This document shows positions 1-13,967 of a stretch of DNA of 64,000 bases, piece by piece. Positions within the stretch are counted from its first letter, which is position 1, and the number at the start of each line of letters is the position of its first letter. The position numbers and the translations under genes are program-made. The notes under the pieces are model-generated. The model was not told where the DNA came from and made no database searches. It worked only from the letters and a program-made list of their open reading frames with translations. The stretch is from positions 85,622,001 to 85,686,000 of the forward strand of contig OX597820.1 of the NCBI GenBank assembly GCA_951406725.2, written 5' to 3'. This DNA is from Octopus vulgaris (taxonomy: Eukaryota).

Positions 1-394
1 AAGACATAGCCGCCCTAAAGGAGAAATTCTCCTGGAAATAACACAAAAGTGATTAGTATGTTTGCGTTCAATTTTTCCAGAAAGTATTAGAAACAAGCAA
101 TCGTTGCGATACTGTGAAAATGATGGTTATTAATAATCATCTTTCACAAATTAACTGTTATATGTGAGGAAATGGCTGCTGTTTCTAGCAGGTTAATGTT
201 TGAGGAAGATGTTATTTTCAGATTGCAGACGTACCGATTCTGTGGCAAAAGAATTATTACACACAACTTAGTGAAAATTTACCGACATGATACGATACAA
301 TAGCATAATACCCATAGATAGAGGGAGACATATATTTCTTCAGATTTATTGAACTGAAGGTATACTCCAGTATTTGCAATATTTCTAAGTATCT

Positions 395-397
<3 letters not shown>

Positions 398-448
<51 letters not shown>

Positions 449-850
449 AACACATTCATACACATATTCACATTTATGCATACACACGTTCAAACACACA
501 CATATATTTCTGTATTTAACTACATACATATTTATGCACACATGCATAAATATATACATATATGTATATATATATACACCAACACACAAGCACACAGACA
601 TATCTATATGCATACATCTGTGTGTATGTAAGTGAATATGTTTGTACGTATATATGTATGTTAATATATATGTAGGTAGGTAGGTTGGTAGTTATATATG
701 TACGTACATATACGATTAGGATTATTCCAAGTGCTGGTATATATCTTCTGTTCAATAAATCGTAGAAGACATATTTCTTCAGATAAATATGGATAAGATG
801 CTCTCGTATCATAAGTGATATGATACCAAAATTGCTCACGCTCACCACCT

Positions 851-948
<98 letters not shown>

Positions 949-960
949 TATACATATATA
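398..960. repeat. (TA)n microsatellites (398-446, 853-960) in TA/CA-rich low-complexity DNA
   Basis: Direct dinucleotide runs; they explain the YIYIYI ORFs. Confidence 0.95.
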
Positions 961-1508
961 TAGGTGGTGTGGATATGTAAGTTCGTGTGCGTAAATATAT
1001 ATATGGGTGGGTGCGTTTGTGTGTGCATGTGTTAGTATATGCATGTATATGTAGATATAAGTATATACAAACATACGCATACACATTGATGAATATGTGT
1101 TCCTATACATACACGAACACACAAGCGTGCAATTACACACACATACACATACACACACGCATAGAAATACGCTTATGATGTTAGGAGTTAAAAGACTGTG
1201 AAATATTCCCTCTCATGACTAGTGCATTAAATATACTGATATATATCTAACACGTAGTTACAATCCAAATACAAGCTTGCAGCAGGTAATCCAATCTGAT
1301 ATGCAAGCTTTGCTATACAATCGGATATTCGATATCATGATGTAAAGGAAACAGAGATTTTGGTGATTGTTGGATTTTTATTGCATTCTGGATTCCACAA
1401 AAGATAGTTGATACACGCTCTCTGAAAATATAACTTGCAGCATTGTAGTGGGATGTATATATGATTTATATGTGCGCTATTATGTGGGATTGCATGCGTA
1501 TTTGTTTG

Positions 1509-1512
<4 letters not shown>

Positions 1513-1571
<59 letters not shown>
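1513..1571. repeat. (TG)n microsatellite
   Basis: Direct run. Confidence 0.95.
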
Positions 1572-1574
<3 letters not shown>

Positions 1575-2589
1575 TGTATATTATATGTATCCACACACAC
1601 ACATGTATGTGATTGTGTGTGCGTACATATGTATACACACGCACGCGTTCAAGCACTATAATATTGACAGAGAATGGTTAGTGATAGCTACAACCTGAAA
1701 GAGAAGTCAGCAATGAAAGTGAATGTATGGGAGGAATAGGCAGAGAACGAAATAAAGGAATGAGGGTGAAACAGAGAGAACTGCAGAAAAAATCATGGTT
1801 TCTCGTTCTTGAGTTTTGCATGTTTTGGAAGATAAATCCAACAGTGTCCTGACTAAATGTGGTTCGATTTATCTTTCATAGCAAAGACTGTTGAAATAGG
1901 AAATGATATTTGTTTAAACAGATATTACTTGGAAATTGATCAAACTCGCTTGAGAATTGGTCAGTTGATGTACATGTCGAATGTATTCTGAAAAAGAGAA
2001 TGATTAGTATAAGGATTGTTCGGAATTTGCGACTGAAAAATAGTGAAATCTATACAAATTTAGTTTCTTATTAAATTTATAACATACTACTTTACATGCT
2101 AATGTATATGTTCATTCTTGATGAATTGAATATTACTGTAAAGATTAGAATAATATGTTAAATGAAAAACAAAATCATTGTATTGTGTATATTTACACTA
2201 TTTCGTAGTATCTTCGATACCACTAGTTGCTTGTATACTGTTGTCTGTGCTTTCGTTTGAATCAACATAATTTCTTATAACAAGTAGTCGTGTTTAATAT
2301 GCTCAAAATTTAGCCTAAGGAGAGGATTATAAATGCTGTTTACATACAAGATGGAGTCATTTGGTTTAATATACTTTGGAATTTCCATCGTCAACATTGA
2401 ATGTTATTTATAATAAATTTATCATCCAGTTGTTGTTAACAATTGTTATATACAAATTCTCTCTCTTCCTCTTCCGCTCATTCTAATTCTTTCTCTCCTC
2501 TCTCACATAAGCATACTTATACACACACATGCACACACACACACATACACACACAGACTAAACACACGCGTGCGCGCACTCATACACTT

Positions 2590-3046
2590 TTATTCGTTTA
2601 TCTATTAAATTGTTTTAGTCATTTGACTGCGGCCATGCTGGAGCAACGCCTTGAAGTATATTAAGCAAACAAACTGACCCAAGAATATATTTTTGTTGTA
2701 TCGCACTTTCGACGTACGATATAACGGGATAATAATAATGCGCTTGCAAATCGTTCTACTCAAGATACTGGTAATAACCCTTGACAATACACAATTCTCT
2801 GCGCTGAAATGCTCTTTGCGTATGTCCATTTATATTGTGGCACAGTCCACAATATAAATGTTCACAATATAAATGTTCTACTTCAACACGACAGTTTTAA
2901 AGCCTAGAACTTATTCTATCGGTCTCTTTTACTGAACCGTCAGCAAACAGGTATGCAAACATACCAACACCGGTTGTCAAGCAGTGTTGGAGGACAACCA
3001 CTGACACAAACACACACACAAACACGCATACACACACACACACACC

Positions 3047-3097
<51 letters not shown>

Positions 3098-3245
3098 CGG
3101 GCTTCTTGTTTCTCTCTACCGAATCCATTCACTAGGCTTTGGTAGGCCCTAGGCTATAGTAGAGGATACTTCTCCAAGGTGCCATGCAGTAGAACTGAAC
3201 CCATGTCATTGGGAAGCAAGCCTCGTACCACACAGCCACGCCAGC
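2590..3245 (-). mobile_element. tRNA-derived SINE family A (CORE-like CCTTGGGCAAGT region), interrupted by a 200-bp insertion
   Basis: Reverse complement matches the copies at 21591-22000 and 41098-41513 (head tggctgtgtggt...gggttcagt, tail gctccagcatggccgcagtcaaatgact). Confidence 0.85.
2694..2893. mobile_element. Candidate solo LTR inserted in the SINE
   Basis: Begins TGTTGTA, ends CACGACA (TG...CA, 5/7 inverted match); flanks atttt/gtttt resemble a target-site duplication; SINE sequence resumes on both sides. Confidence 0.5.
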
Positions 3246-3279
3246 ACCACTTACGTGTGTGTGTGTGCGTGTGTGCTAT

Positions 3280-6200
3280 ACGGTAGCGAACCAAGATGAT
3301 AGATGAAGCAACACTAGATTTTGCTGGTCGACATAACTATACCCAGTAGCAAGAGTTATAAACGTAATCATTTGGAAGAAACGAACTACTTTGTGCGTAG
3401 AAAGGAGTTTAAACCAAACGACAAACCTGAACCTGGCGACCTACTAAGAAAAGCATCCAAATCTAGAAGGAACCCGCGACTAACCAACACCTAACCGTAT
3501 TTCAAGATGAATTACATAGTATGGTTAAGAATGTGAAGTTCAGGAAATACCCTAGAAGGTGTAATGTCCATCAGCAGAAAATCAGAAAATAAATTGTCGA
3601 CTTCAAGAAAGCTCCGGGTATATTTGTACCAGCGGTCAAACAAGTAACATTTACATTGTTGATATTGAGCTATATAAGTCTATCATTAGGAAAGATTACG
3701 CAGCAAATATAGAAACGCTAGTAACGACGTATTTCAAAGAATTAACAATACAGGGTTGCAAACCGTCAGAGATCTAGCTATAGGTAAGTGAACCGAACCC
3801 TACGTCCTTCAAAAAAACCCGGATTGTGCTTAAGACCATAAGCCTAACTTTCCTATCAACACCTCAGATTGTTTTCTCCTTCGAATTCCCATATAGACAT
3901 TATTAGTAAAAACAAATCCTTCATAGGATAAGACCTCTGCTTCGATACCCAAGAGGTGGTTGGATGGTTTAAGCTTCTAGAAATTAGTAAGAATAATAAA
4001 CTCTTGTAACTAGATATAGATAGCTATTATGTCACTATTATTCCGATCGTTCTTAATCAAGCCCTGATTGATAGCATCAAAAATTCCGATATGTCTCGCC
4101 GCGAAGTAGATATTATACTTGCCGCCCGAGATGCTGTAATAAATTTCGATGGTAGATTATGGAGTAGATTAGCTAGAGAGAATGCATTCGATATAGCAAT
4201 GCACTATATCAAACGATTCATACGATTCTGCGCCGTCCTACCGATGCCTGTCTCCCAGTTCTCCTCACCTACCAGCCCTCCACCCTACCCCACCAACGCA
4301 CCATTCTTCGAGCCTTCCGCCGACACCAGTCTGACCACTCCACATTGCACATCTTCCGCAACCTAAACTCTTCCTTCAAACGGGCCCTCAAACTGCGTGA
4401 CCTCTTGGTTCACAGTTTCTTCCCTAACACTACCTCCCATCCTGGCCCATCACCCTGCTCTCGCTAACGCTGTCGCAGTTGCTTCTACCTCTTCAAAACC
4501 TCCCTCCTCACAGGCACCCATCATCGTCCCTATCATATCACCGACTCCTTTACCTGCACTTCTAGCAATGTCATTTACTGCATCTCCTGCTCTTTCTGCC
4601 CTTCTCTATACATCGGTCAAATGGGACGGCACTTGGCTGACCTTTTCGCGGAACATCTCCGAGACATCAGACTCTGCAATGACACCCCTACGACGTGACT
4701 GAGTCGGCTGACCTTGTCGGATAATTTATCCTACATATCCTACGAAAACGTACGCACCGACACATTAAGGCCCTGTAGTGGAATGAGTATCTTCAAATCT
4801 TAAAATATAGGAACGGCCACACCTTGGATTGTTTAAAGAGAAATCTTATAGATCTCTTCGATGTATTCGACGCAACTATAACTCTTGCCACCCATATAAC
4901 ACAAGTAGACTTCCTTGACGCAGACCATTAAATAAAATCTAACGTAGATACAGTTTACATTCATTGATAATCCACTACACTTAGTTGTATTTAAAAACTA
5001 ACAGACTAGAGTAGATGAATCACTAATGTATCTATGTATTGAGGCAATTTGAACAGGACCGTACCCCAATATTAAGTGGCTTTACTGATAACTAAGTGTT
5101 TATGGAGGATCCCCATCTTCAAATCCGAAAATAGAAAGAAAAATATCATTTGATATAATTCCCTATACGATGTAAATGTTTCCACTAATATAGTTAAGAG
5201 CTTTCTGATGCCACTAAAAAGCATGTCCCTTGAATACTTAGATACAATAAGCACTTAATTTCTATGTTATGAAGGTTATCTACCTATGAATAGATACTAT
5301 CGGTTCTAACATTACTCACTACAATATTTAGAAACATGCGACCACACGATTTTCACTCCACTCTTCAATCTCTTACTTCCTGAAACCTATCAACTGCCCA
5401 ATAGGAACTTTGCATATCAAAATCAGTGATCAATAGAGAGACCTTTACACAGTCTAATACTCTCAGTGTATACTAAATGAATATGGCCGACAATGCCTTT
5501 GGGGACGAATAGACACAATATATACATTGTAATATACTGCCTCCCTGTTTCGCATTATCTGGATTCCTTGATAACCTGGAAACACCTTCTCAAACATCAC
5601 ATTGTATCCTTGAGGGGTGCCCTCTTTTCATGTAATAACCAACTCTACCTCTGTGATAAACAAAATATAAGCAATATGGCCACTCCATCACTCAATAAGA
5701 AAAGGTTTCTGTCTGATTGTTACCATAAAATACGGCGTTATAATGCAACAAATCATTGGCTTCTGGAAACACGGATATACCACACTACAGCTTAAGCACA
5801 ATAGTAGGGCATTTAATTTGGGCTGCGTATAGAAATTAGAGCATAGTATTTCTGATGCAATTTGCTGCAGGTTACATGTAAGAAGGCACCATTAAACCGT
5901 TTACCTCTCCACGTGAGAGCTGTTGTATCTGAAATGAAGCATCACATTATATAGAATAACAACCGATACCAACATCGGGTCTGCTCTATCATATGTAGTA
6001 CCAAATGTAAAAAATCTGATGCTGAAATATCACATCATGTAGCATGCGGAACCTAGGTGAAGCCAGGAATCTTTCTTTTCCGCCATTAGGTCATACGGCT
6101 AAAGGAACTGATGTCACTCTAATGACTAAGAACAAGTGCACGACCTGAAATAACCACCAGAAGCTTAAATAGTCTCTTCTAAAACCCATTGTAATATCTT

Positions 6201-6300
6201 TTTTTCAATTCCCTCTATTCTGAGCATTTAATTCTGTGGACGTGCCCTATGTCTACACTGTTTTATGCGATGTGAAGCTCTTATTAAATATATTGACTGC
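3280..6300 (+). pseudogene. Decayed near-full-length Penelope-like element (Naiad-like RT and C-terminal endonuclease region)
   Basis: Frameshifted, stop-ridden translation keeps ordered motifs: FQDELHSMVKNVKFRK, IFVPA..TSNIY, HKPNFP, LDIDSYY, FDIAM, then after the nested insert YDVTESADLVG*FIL, VDFLD, RKKNII*YNSLYDVNVSTNI, NCPIG, ITWK, LNKKRFLSDCYHK. Clade assignment is from motif recall. Confidence 0.75.
4201..4688 (+). pseudogene. Neptune-type PLE fragment (linker, Cys cluster, GIY-YIG endonuclease) nested in the Naiad-like RT
   Basis: Frame not in ORF track: PVLLTYQPSTLPHQRTILRAF...FKRALKLRDLLVHS...PCSR*RCRSC...FTCTSSNVIYCISCSFCPSLYIGQMGRHLADLFAEHLRDIR. Confidence 0.85.
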
Positions 6301-6524
6301 AACTCTGTCTCTCATTTCTTCACGTATTCGTATATAACAAATGCATCAATACATACATGACACGCACATAGACACGTGCGTCAACACACACACAAGCACA
6401 TATACACAAGCATACATACGGAGATGGCACTACAATGATAAATATATTGATAGAATCACACACATTATTATACCAATTTGTACCGATACAGACACACACA
6501 GAAACATGTATACATTCATATGTA

Positions 6525-6562
<38 letters not shown>

Positions 6563-6993
6563 TGTGCCTGAATATTTAAACATATATATAGACACACAAA
6601 GAAAGAGATAGGGATAATACCGTATTGAGATTTATCGACCCAAAGTAAGTCGTTAATAAATGACTCGTACAAAACTCTATCAATTTTTCTATTAATTTGT
6701 TCTCTATAATAATTTTATTAAAAATATTTCTTTTTTACTCAGTAAATTTCTTTTCAATTTCCGGTTAGCGTAAATTGGCGAGGAGGCTACAGAATTTCGG
6801 CATCTTTATTGACATATTATTCAATCTTTATAGACATTTTCTACAAGCATTCTAAATATATAGGGGCAATAAAAGATTGCTCTTGACTACTGACATACTT
6901 TTGAAAAAAGTCATAATTTTTTTGTTCCTTTTCTTTTTCGTTTTACTTTTATTATTGTTTTATCACTGATATTATTACAGCAGCAGCGGTTGC

Positions 6994-6994
<1 letters not shown>

Positions 6995-7059
<65 letters not shown>

Positions 7060-7453
7060 GGTGGTGGTGGTGGTGATGGCGGTTATATTAGTGTTGTAGC
7101 GGTGGTGGTTGTAGTAATATTATTAGAAGTAGTAGCAGTGCTTATGGATTATGGTGATGGTGTTGGATGGTGGTGATAGTTGTAGAGGTTATAGAAGTAG
7201 TGGTGGTGGTGATGTTGATAGTTGTAGTAGTAGTAGTAGTAGTTATAGTAGTAGTATTAGTGGCGGTGGTGCTGGTTCTGGTGGTGGTGATTGTTGATGA
7301 TGGTGGGGGTGAGGCGGTGGCGGTGGCGGCGGCGGCGGCGGCAGCAGTGGTGGTGATAGCTATAGTGCTAGTAGTAGCGAGGATAATAATAATTAAAAAA
7401 ATCATTTGCCACCACCACCACCAAAAACAACAACAACAACAACAACAACAACA
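6995..7453. repeat. Compound trinucleotide repeat (GTA/GTG/GCG/CAA)
   Basis: Direct runs. Confidence 0.9.
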
Positions 7454-7846
7454 TCGTAATCCCCATCTAAGAAACTTTACTTTCAATTTCCTTTAATCAT
7501 AAAAGCAAAATATGTTATGAGGAGAGGAATTATATCCCACGCTTTAACGAGGAAAATGGCGCATAACCATCTCTTCGAGGCGAAATACAATGTTTTCAGG
7601 GTGTAAGCTGAGTACATTTCTCTTACAAACGAGGTAGGAAGCCATTTAAAAGTCTTGAGTGGGGGAGTAGTGTGTTGATGCAGAATCAAACAACTATTGA
7701 TCCTTGACGTATCAAGATGTGCCTGTGTTAATCCCTTCTTTACCGATGTGTGCAGATTGTTTAGAAATATTTTGCCTGACTGTTTCAGAAATGTAGCTAT
7801 CTAATATCAGCTGTTATAAGGGATAGAATATTAGGAAGCTCTAAGC

Positions 7847-8191
7847 TAGCTGTTTCAGCCAGTATTCATATGGCCCCTGAGGGCTTCCATAACAATTTTG
7901 AGAATCCACGCAACAAAACTATAAATTTGAGATCCACAACAGTATATTAAGGTGCCCTGATTTTTTTTTTGCTTTAGATGTATGTATTGTTATGTATTGC
8001 ATGAAACAGCTACGTTTCTTTCTCTAATATTTTACATAGTTAAACCTACACTAGGTAACATGCGTAAATAAAAAGGAATTGCGGAAAGGATATTTGTAAA
8101 GTAGTTTTTAAACATAGAATGGCTATAGGAGTCCACCAGAATAAAATAGTTATCAAAGGGGTCCAGTGGTAAAAATTGTTGAAAACCTCTG
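7847..8191. mobile_element. Decayed hAT-like MITE
   Basis: Right end gttgaaaacctctg imperfectly inverted to left tagctgtttcagcc; subterminal ggcccc/ggggtcc motifs; TSD not convincing. Confidence 0.4.
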
Positions 8192-8659
8192 CACAAACAA
8201 ATTTTGTGTTATTCTTGGCTAAGTCAATGAAACATTGTTCTCGATTGGTGTTCGAAGTATAAAAGTTATCTGTGAACAGGATGCTTTCAACTGTGTATAT
8301 TCAAAAAAAGGTATTCAAAGGTGGTGGGTATGTGTTAAAGCCAGTGCGGATTGCATCTTACACCAACCAACAGGGTTGATTCTTTCAACGTCTTCCGACA
8401 ATTATCTGTCACTGGTTGATTGGAGAGTGGGGTAGAAGACTTGTTAAATGTCACATACAGCAGAAATAAGCCCGAAGACAAGATGAATAGGGAACTGAAA
8501 AATATCAAATACCTTACCATAACTGCACTTCCGAATATCTAACTTCCAAGACAATCATGCATTGTATAGTCATCCCAAAATATTTATATGTGAAAATTGA
8601 TTCAAAATGAGGTTGTTGTTTATGAAAGAATCTGAAAGTTATCGGAGTCTGAAAGGCCC

Positions 8660-11600
8660 ATTGGCTTGGTGAGACTGGCCATTGCTGAGTGAGACTGGCC
8701 ACTCTACTCTTTATTTTGTTCCAGTTCTTCTCCATTTGGAGGTTCGGACAGAACAAGATCCCGAGCAATTTAACCGGCCAGTCGGTCCAATGTCCCACGA
8801 TGGAGATGCTGTTGGACGGTATGTGTTTGCTTCTCCAGGTGCCGAGCCGTAATCCCGCTGGCTTTTCCGGGGAAATTTTCGCTCCCATTAGAGATTCGTA
8901 TTCTTTTAGTGTCTCGCCGACCAGATCGAGATGCTTGTGGTTAGACAATGTGACAGTGACGTCCATCGCGTATGCAAATACGTCCCTCCCGCATACCAGT
9001 TGTGTCGGGATGGCCCTCATCGTCGCTAGCTTCCTCAGTAGTGGCTCTAGAGTCAATACATACAGGAACATACTTGGCGGACTGAACGTATGATGTTAAA
9101 TGGTCTGGATAGATAAGCATTTATGCGAACAACCGAGCCCAGCGGATGCCGCTGTATAAAGCAGAGATCCAACCGCGGAAGACGGGCTGAAACTAACCTC
9201 CAAGTAACAATGGTCGACCTTATCGAAAGCTTTCGATTCATCCAGTTTGATCAGCGCCCCACCCATACCAGGCCCTTTAACTACTCTGTCTATGATGTAG
9301 CGCATCAGATGGGGTTGTCATGGATATTCCTACCTGACACGGCGCATGTTTGAGCCTTGTCAACCAGTTTTTCGATGACAAGGGCTAACCTTTCGGCTAG
9401 CACCTCGGCCAAAATTTTCAAATCTGCATTGAGCCGAGTAATAGGCCGGAAATTATCTATAACGCCCCATTGTTTGGGTCTTTCTTTATCAGTGTCACCG
9501 CTCCTCCTCTCACAAAACTAGGGATACTCTCGTTTGCTGCCAGCTGCCGTCGACTCTTAACAAGACTTCTCCAAACAAGTCTGGCATATGACCAGAAATC
9601 TTGTAGGGCAGACCATCCAAGCCCGGTGACTTGTCTCTCGCGCAGCCTGCCATAACGTACATGATGGGCCTTTCACAACACTCCATCTCTCTTGCCGAAA
9701 GTCATGGTAGGACGTGCAGGCAGGCACTGAAGTCCACCTTACTTTCTAACCCACCAGTCGTTCCGAACAGTTGGGCAAAGTGCTGCTGAAAGGCCTCACA
9801 AATCCTTTCGGGTTCGAATGATTCGTGCCCTGGCTCATGCATGAGAGACCGAATGGTAGCTTTGTTGCTACGTTGCGCCTCCACTACCCGGGCTTCTCGG
9901 GCGGCTGCAATTTCTTCATTTCTCAGACCGCGTATCCTAGCTCTGACAACGCAACCTTCGAGTTTGAGATTGAAGCGTTGGTCAAAGGTCAACCTCGCTG
10001 CCAGCACGCTGGACATGAAGCCCGTTCTAAGTGCCTCTTCTAATTTCTTAAGAAGTCTTCCTCTATTCTATGTCTGTCTACTGCTAAAGCCTTGCTATGC
10101 CTAATCGATTCTGCTTTGATTGATCTTTTTAGAGCAAACCACCATTTGTTATTGACGATGGCCACTGTCAACGACCGGATTAGTGTGCTAATCCGGTTTC
10201 TGTAAATCTGTCGCACCGGGAAAGACACGTTCAACTTCCAAAAACCTTTACCCTACCTATAATTCCTATCTAAGTCGAACGTACAAGTCACGAATTTGTG
10301 TAGCAGACTATTTGAAATTGTGGACAAACTACACTAACTGGATGACCCGATGCGGTTGGTCCATGTCCACATTGGCACATTCGGGTAGACCAGTCGGTGC
10401 CTGTCAGACAGTTGTAAACGTCTAAGCAGGTCTATGAGGTACTTGCATCTCCTTCTTTTCCCATCTCTACCCACATAGTCTAAATGCGCGTCCAAGGTAG
10501 CGTTCCAATACCCCAGTAAAGGTAAAGGTCGAGACGTTCCGAGGAAAACATCTAGTGTTGGTGGTGGTGTTGTTGTTACGTGTGAGAGTTTTGTGGTCGG
10601 GAGTTGTGTATCTCTAAGCCGTGTTTGATTATGTGGTTGTCCTTTTTTTAACCCTTTTCCCCCTCCCCCTTGTGGCTATTTGCTATTCTTCCATGTCGTC
10701 TTCATCAGACGACATTTCAGAGGAATCAGAAAATGGGAGGGGAATGGTATTCAGAGTGTGTTGATATTGATGTTGTTGCTGTTGTTAGAGTTGGTTGGTG
10801 GGGGTGTTCAGATGTAATGTATAGGGGGATGATCTTTTTTTCTTTTCAGTGTTCTGTACTTCAGTAATTGTTGTTGGTGCTGGTGGTGATAGTGTTGCTT
10901 TTGTCGTTATTGGTGTTGACTGCTTGTGTTGGCTGAGTTGGTTGGTTGTTTTGTGGACTTCTTTTATCTGTTCGTGGAGCTGCTTCATTTTTTGTGCTGA
11001 TGGTGGTGTGGGTAATAGTGCTGGTTTGCCCCTGGGATTCTGTTTTTTTGTTTTTGTTGTTGTTCTTCCAATTTGCAGTCTATTTTTAAATGGTATTTGC
11101 TACTACAAAGGTAGCAACATGGCCTTTTGCTCTCAACAGTGACATGTAGGGTCGTGCCATCCGATAGCTTTATCAAATCTGGGAGATTTTTAAATTGTCT
11201 CCTGATTTGTCTGGATTATAAGCTCAGCCCCTTGTCCACCCCAGTTATGGTGTTCAAGGACGGCAGTTTCTAATATGTTTAAATTTTCTTCGAAATTGTG
11301 GCAGATGGCTGATACCAGCCATTTTATTTGAATTTCAGGGGACACATCTTTGATTCTCACCTACGTCACTCGACGACCGGGGTACGTGGGAATCATTATC
11401 AAGTTCTGGCATTTGAGGAATTTCGTTGAGAAATCTTTCATGCGTTCCTCCGTGTCAAATATTACCTGGATCGTGGCAGATCTTTTGCCCCTTGTGATAT
11501 ATATTTTATAAGGCCATATAAATTTCTCAACTGTTTGTTCAGTGGTTTGCTTTAGTTATTTAGTCTTTATGTTCAGGATTCTATATATTATTGCTTTTTT

Positions 11601-12110
11601 AGAAATGTCCAGCAAAATGCTTTCTGAGGTGTTGAGGTTTATAGTCCTATTTTCTTTATTCAATCATTTTTGCACTATATTAATTCTTCTTTTGAGAAGG
11701 ACACTCACTGCCGTTTTTGTCTTAAAATTGCTGCAAAGATATTCGGTTTGTCAATTGTATTGTTGCTCCTTGTAGTGATTTTTGTTACAGTGGTAGTAAC
11801 AGGAGAGGTGGTTGCGCCGTTCATCGCTCTGCCTTCCTTTCTCACTTGTTTGGAAGGAAAGCTTGCGTCGGTATGCGTATTGTTGTTCAAATGTGTGTGT
11901 GTGAGAGCGCATCAGTGTTTTCTTTTTTGTTTGACGTATTTGTTAATGGTAATGGTGGGAATTCCAGTTCTAAATGGAACTCAGGAACGCTGCCACTGTT
12001 AGCTGAAATGGCCATGCCTGTTTCCAGACAGAGGAAAATATTTATGAGATAAGATTTTGCAATATGAAAATTCGCCCTTAAAGGGAAATTTTCGGGACAG
12101 CATCGCTCAA
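8660..12110 (-). mobile_element. Decayed L1/Tx1-clade LINE (ORF1 with CCHC knuckle, partial APE endonuclease, RT), 3'-truncated
   Basis: ORF1 from ATG ~12015 with CYLCSSKYHLKIDC; LLGYWNATLD (endonuclease); DNFRPITRLNADLKILA, LDESKAFDKVDH, LYVLTLEPLLRKL, FAYAMDVT (RT); many stops and frameshifts. Confidence 0.9.
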
Positions 12111-12225
12111 GGCCAAGTAGATGATATTAGGTACATTTCTGACAAAAATATATACAGACATACATAAGCAAACACGACAAAATATATGAACTTATGCGAG
12201 ACGACCCGATCAATAGCCAATCACA

Positions 12226-12280
12226 TAGACAGACAGACAGACAGACAGATAGATAGATAGATGGATAGATACATAGATAC

Positions 12281-12379
<99 letters not shown>

Positions 12380-12480
12380 TAGAGAGAGAGAGAACGAAAG
12401 AAAGAAAGAAAGAAAGAAAGAGAAAAAGAAAGAAAGAAAGAAGGAAAGAAAGAAAGAAAGAAAGAGAGAGACAGATAGAT
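12226..12480. repeat. (GACA)n(GATA)n(GAAA)n tetranucleotide array
   Basis: Direct runs. Confidence 0.95.
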
Positions 12481-13089
12481 AATGTGACATTTACATACGC
12501 ACACATATGTTCTTCTAACATTCATTCAGTATGATAGAGGGAGAGATTGAAGCTGCTTGAATAGAAATAACTGCATTACTCTATATACGTGTTCGGATTT
12601 GAATAGTTTGGATTAGGTTAGGTATGTTTGTCATAAGTATATATATGTATGTATATATGTATTGGGATACATTCTATTTTTAATTATATCTATGTATATG
12701 AATATTTTTAATATTTTAATGTTATTATCTTCAACTGCATCATATTATATTATCGATCTATGTTCTCTACAAATGAGACGAATACAAGAGGTGTACATAG
12801 TGCATAACAATAAAAAAATGTTAAACATAACCATGTAAATTTTTTACTTTCATTCTTCATTAAGAAGTGATGGGTAGATGTTGGGAAGGCGATTTTAGTG
12901 AGTCTTTGATAAAAATGAAAGAATAAATTTCTTAAATATTCGTGCTCCGTATTTTCTTCCAAGATTATCAAGAAAAAAATTTGAATAAAACCAAAAAATG
13001 AAGAAATTGGGTGAAATCATAATCTCCTTTATTGAAAACATAGGAATCGGAAGAAGTTTAGGAAAAAATATCAGCATGGGGGGCGCAAA

Positions 13090-13914
13090 TGTTACCTCGG
13101 ACATGATCTCATTCGAAATAGTTACCTTTTGCAGCAATACACCGTCCCCAGCGTTCCTGCCATCTTTGGAATCGTCCTGAAAATCGTTTTTCGTGAGTCG
13201 GCAACCTTCTGTGATTCACTCTGAATCTCGACCATGGTATATAAATGCTGACCTTTGGGTTGTATTTTAATCTCGCAGAAGAAATGGCAGTCCACATCTA
13301 CTAAATATAGTGAATAGGCTGGGTCCAGAAGAGATAGCATGTTTTAGTGGGTACGGGAAACTCACGAGTGAGAAGTGCTTGGTGACAGGAAGCATTGTCG
13401 TCTTGAAGAGTCCAATACTACGCCTTCCACAGATCGAGTTGCTTTCGCCAAATATCCTCTCTGAAACGCTTCAAGCGTCGCACTAAATTTCTCGCTTGAC
13501 GCTCTGGGACTAGGGCCCAGTTTCTTCATGCACAATACCACATTTCGTGGGATGACGCACGTGGCAGGTCTTCCAGTTTATGGTTTTCTAGTTGTGTTCT
13601 TCCACATTTGGAGCACCCGTGTCACTCGAATCATTGAGCGCGATCCATTGCCACGTTGCCGTAAGCTGACCGAAGCATGCTCAATGCCTCTGCAGCGGAC
13701 TTCGTAAGTTTAACGGACAATTTCATGTTGGCTCTTTGTTCCTGTCTAGGACAAAATCGCAGACTGTAGCATACACGTGATCGCAAAAAATTCACACTTG
13801 CCAAGTAAACACAACGATGTCACCGTCTCAAGAAGGCCACTGCGTATGGAACCATGCGCTTCCATCTGTTGGTGAGCTTCCCAACTAGTCATGGAACTTC
13901 CTGTTATCCCCTTG

Positions 13915-13917
<3 letters not shown>
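13090..13917 (-). mobile_element. Internally deleted mariner transposon remnant
   Basis: PAYSLYLVDVDCHFF (YSPDLAPCDFFLF-like), RWQERWGRCIAAKGNYFE C-terminus, TIR-like tacaaggggataacaggaagttcc at the right end. Confidence 0.8.

Positions 13918-13967
<50 letters not shown>

Noticed and set aside
4397-4702. 101-aa Ser/Pro/Ala-rich ORF
   Set aside because: Off-frame reading of the Neptune GIY-YIG fragment
5350-6200. Possible CR1-type LINE 3' end
   Set aside because: Better explained as the C-terminus and 3' region of the Naiad-like PLE (NCP, ITWK, LNK..C.HK motifs in order)
12090-12135. U2 snRNA target site at the Tx1 5' junction (atcgct...ggcc)
   Set aside because: Similarity is only a few bases and does not extend
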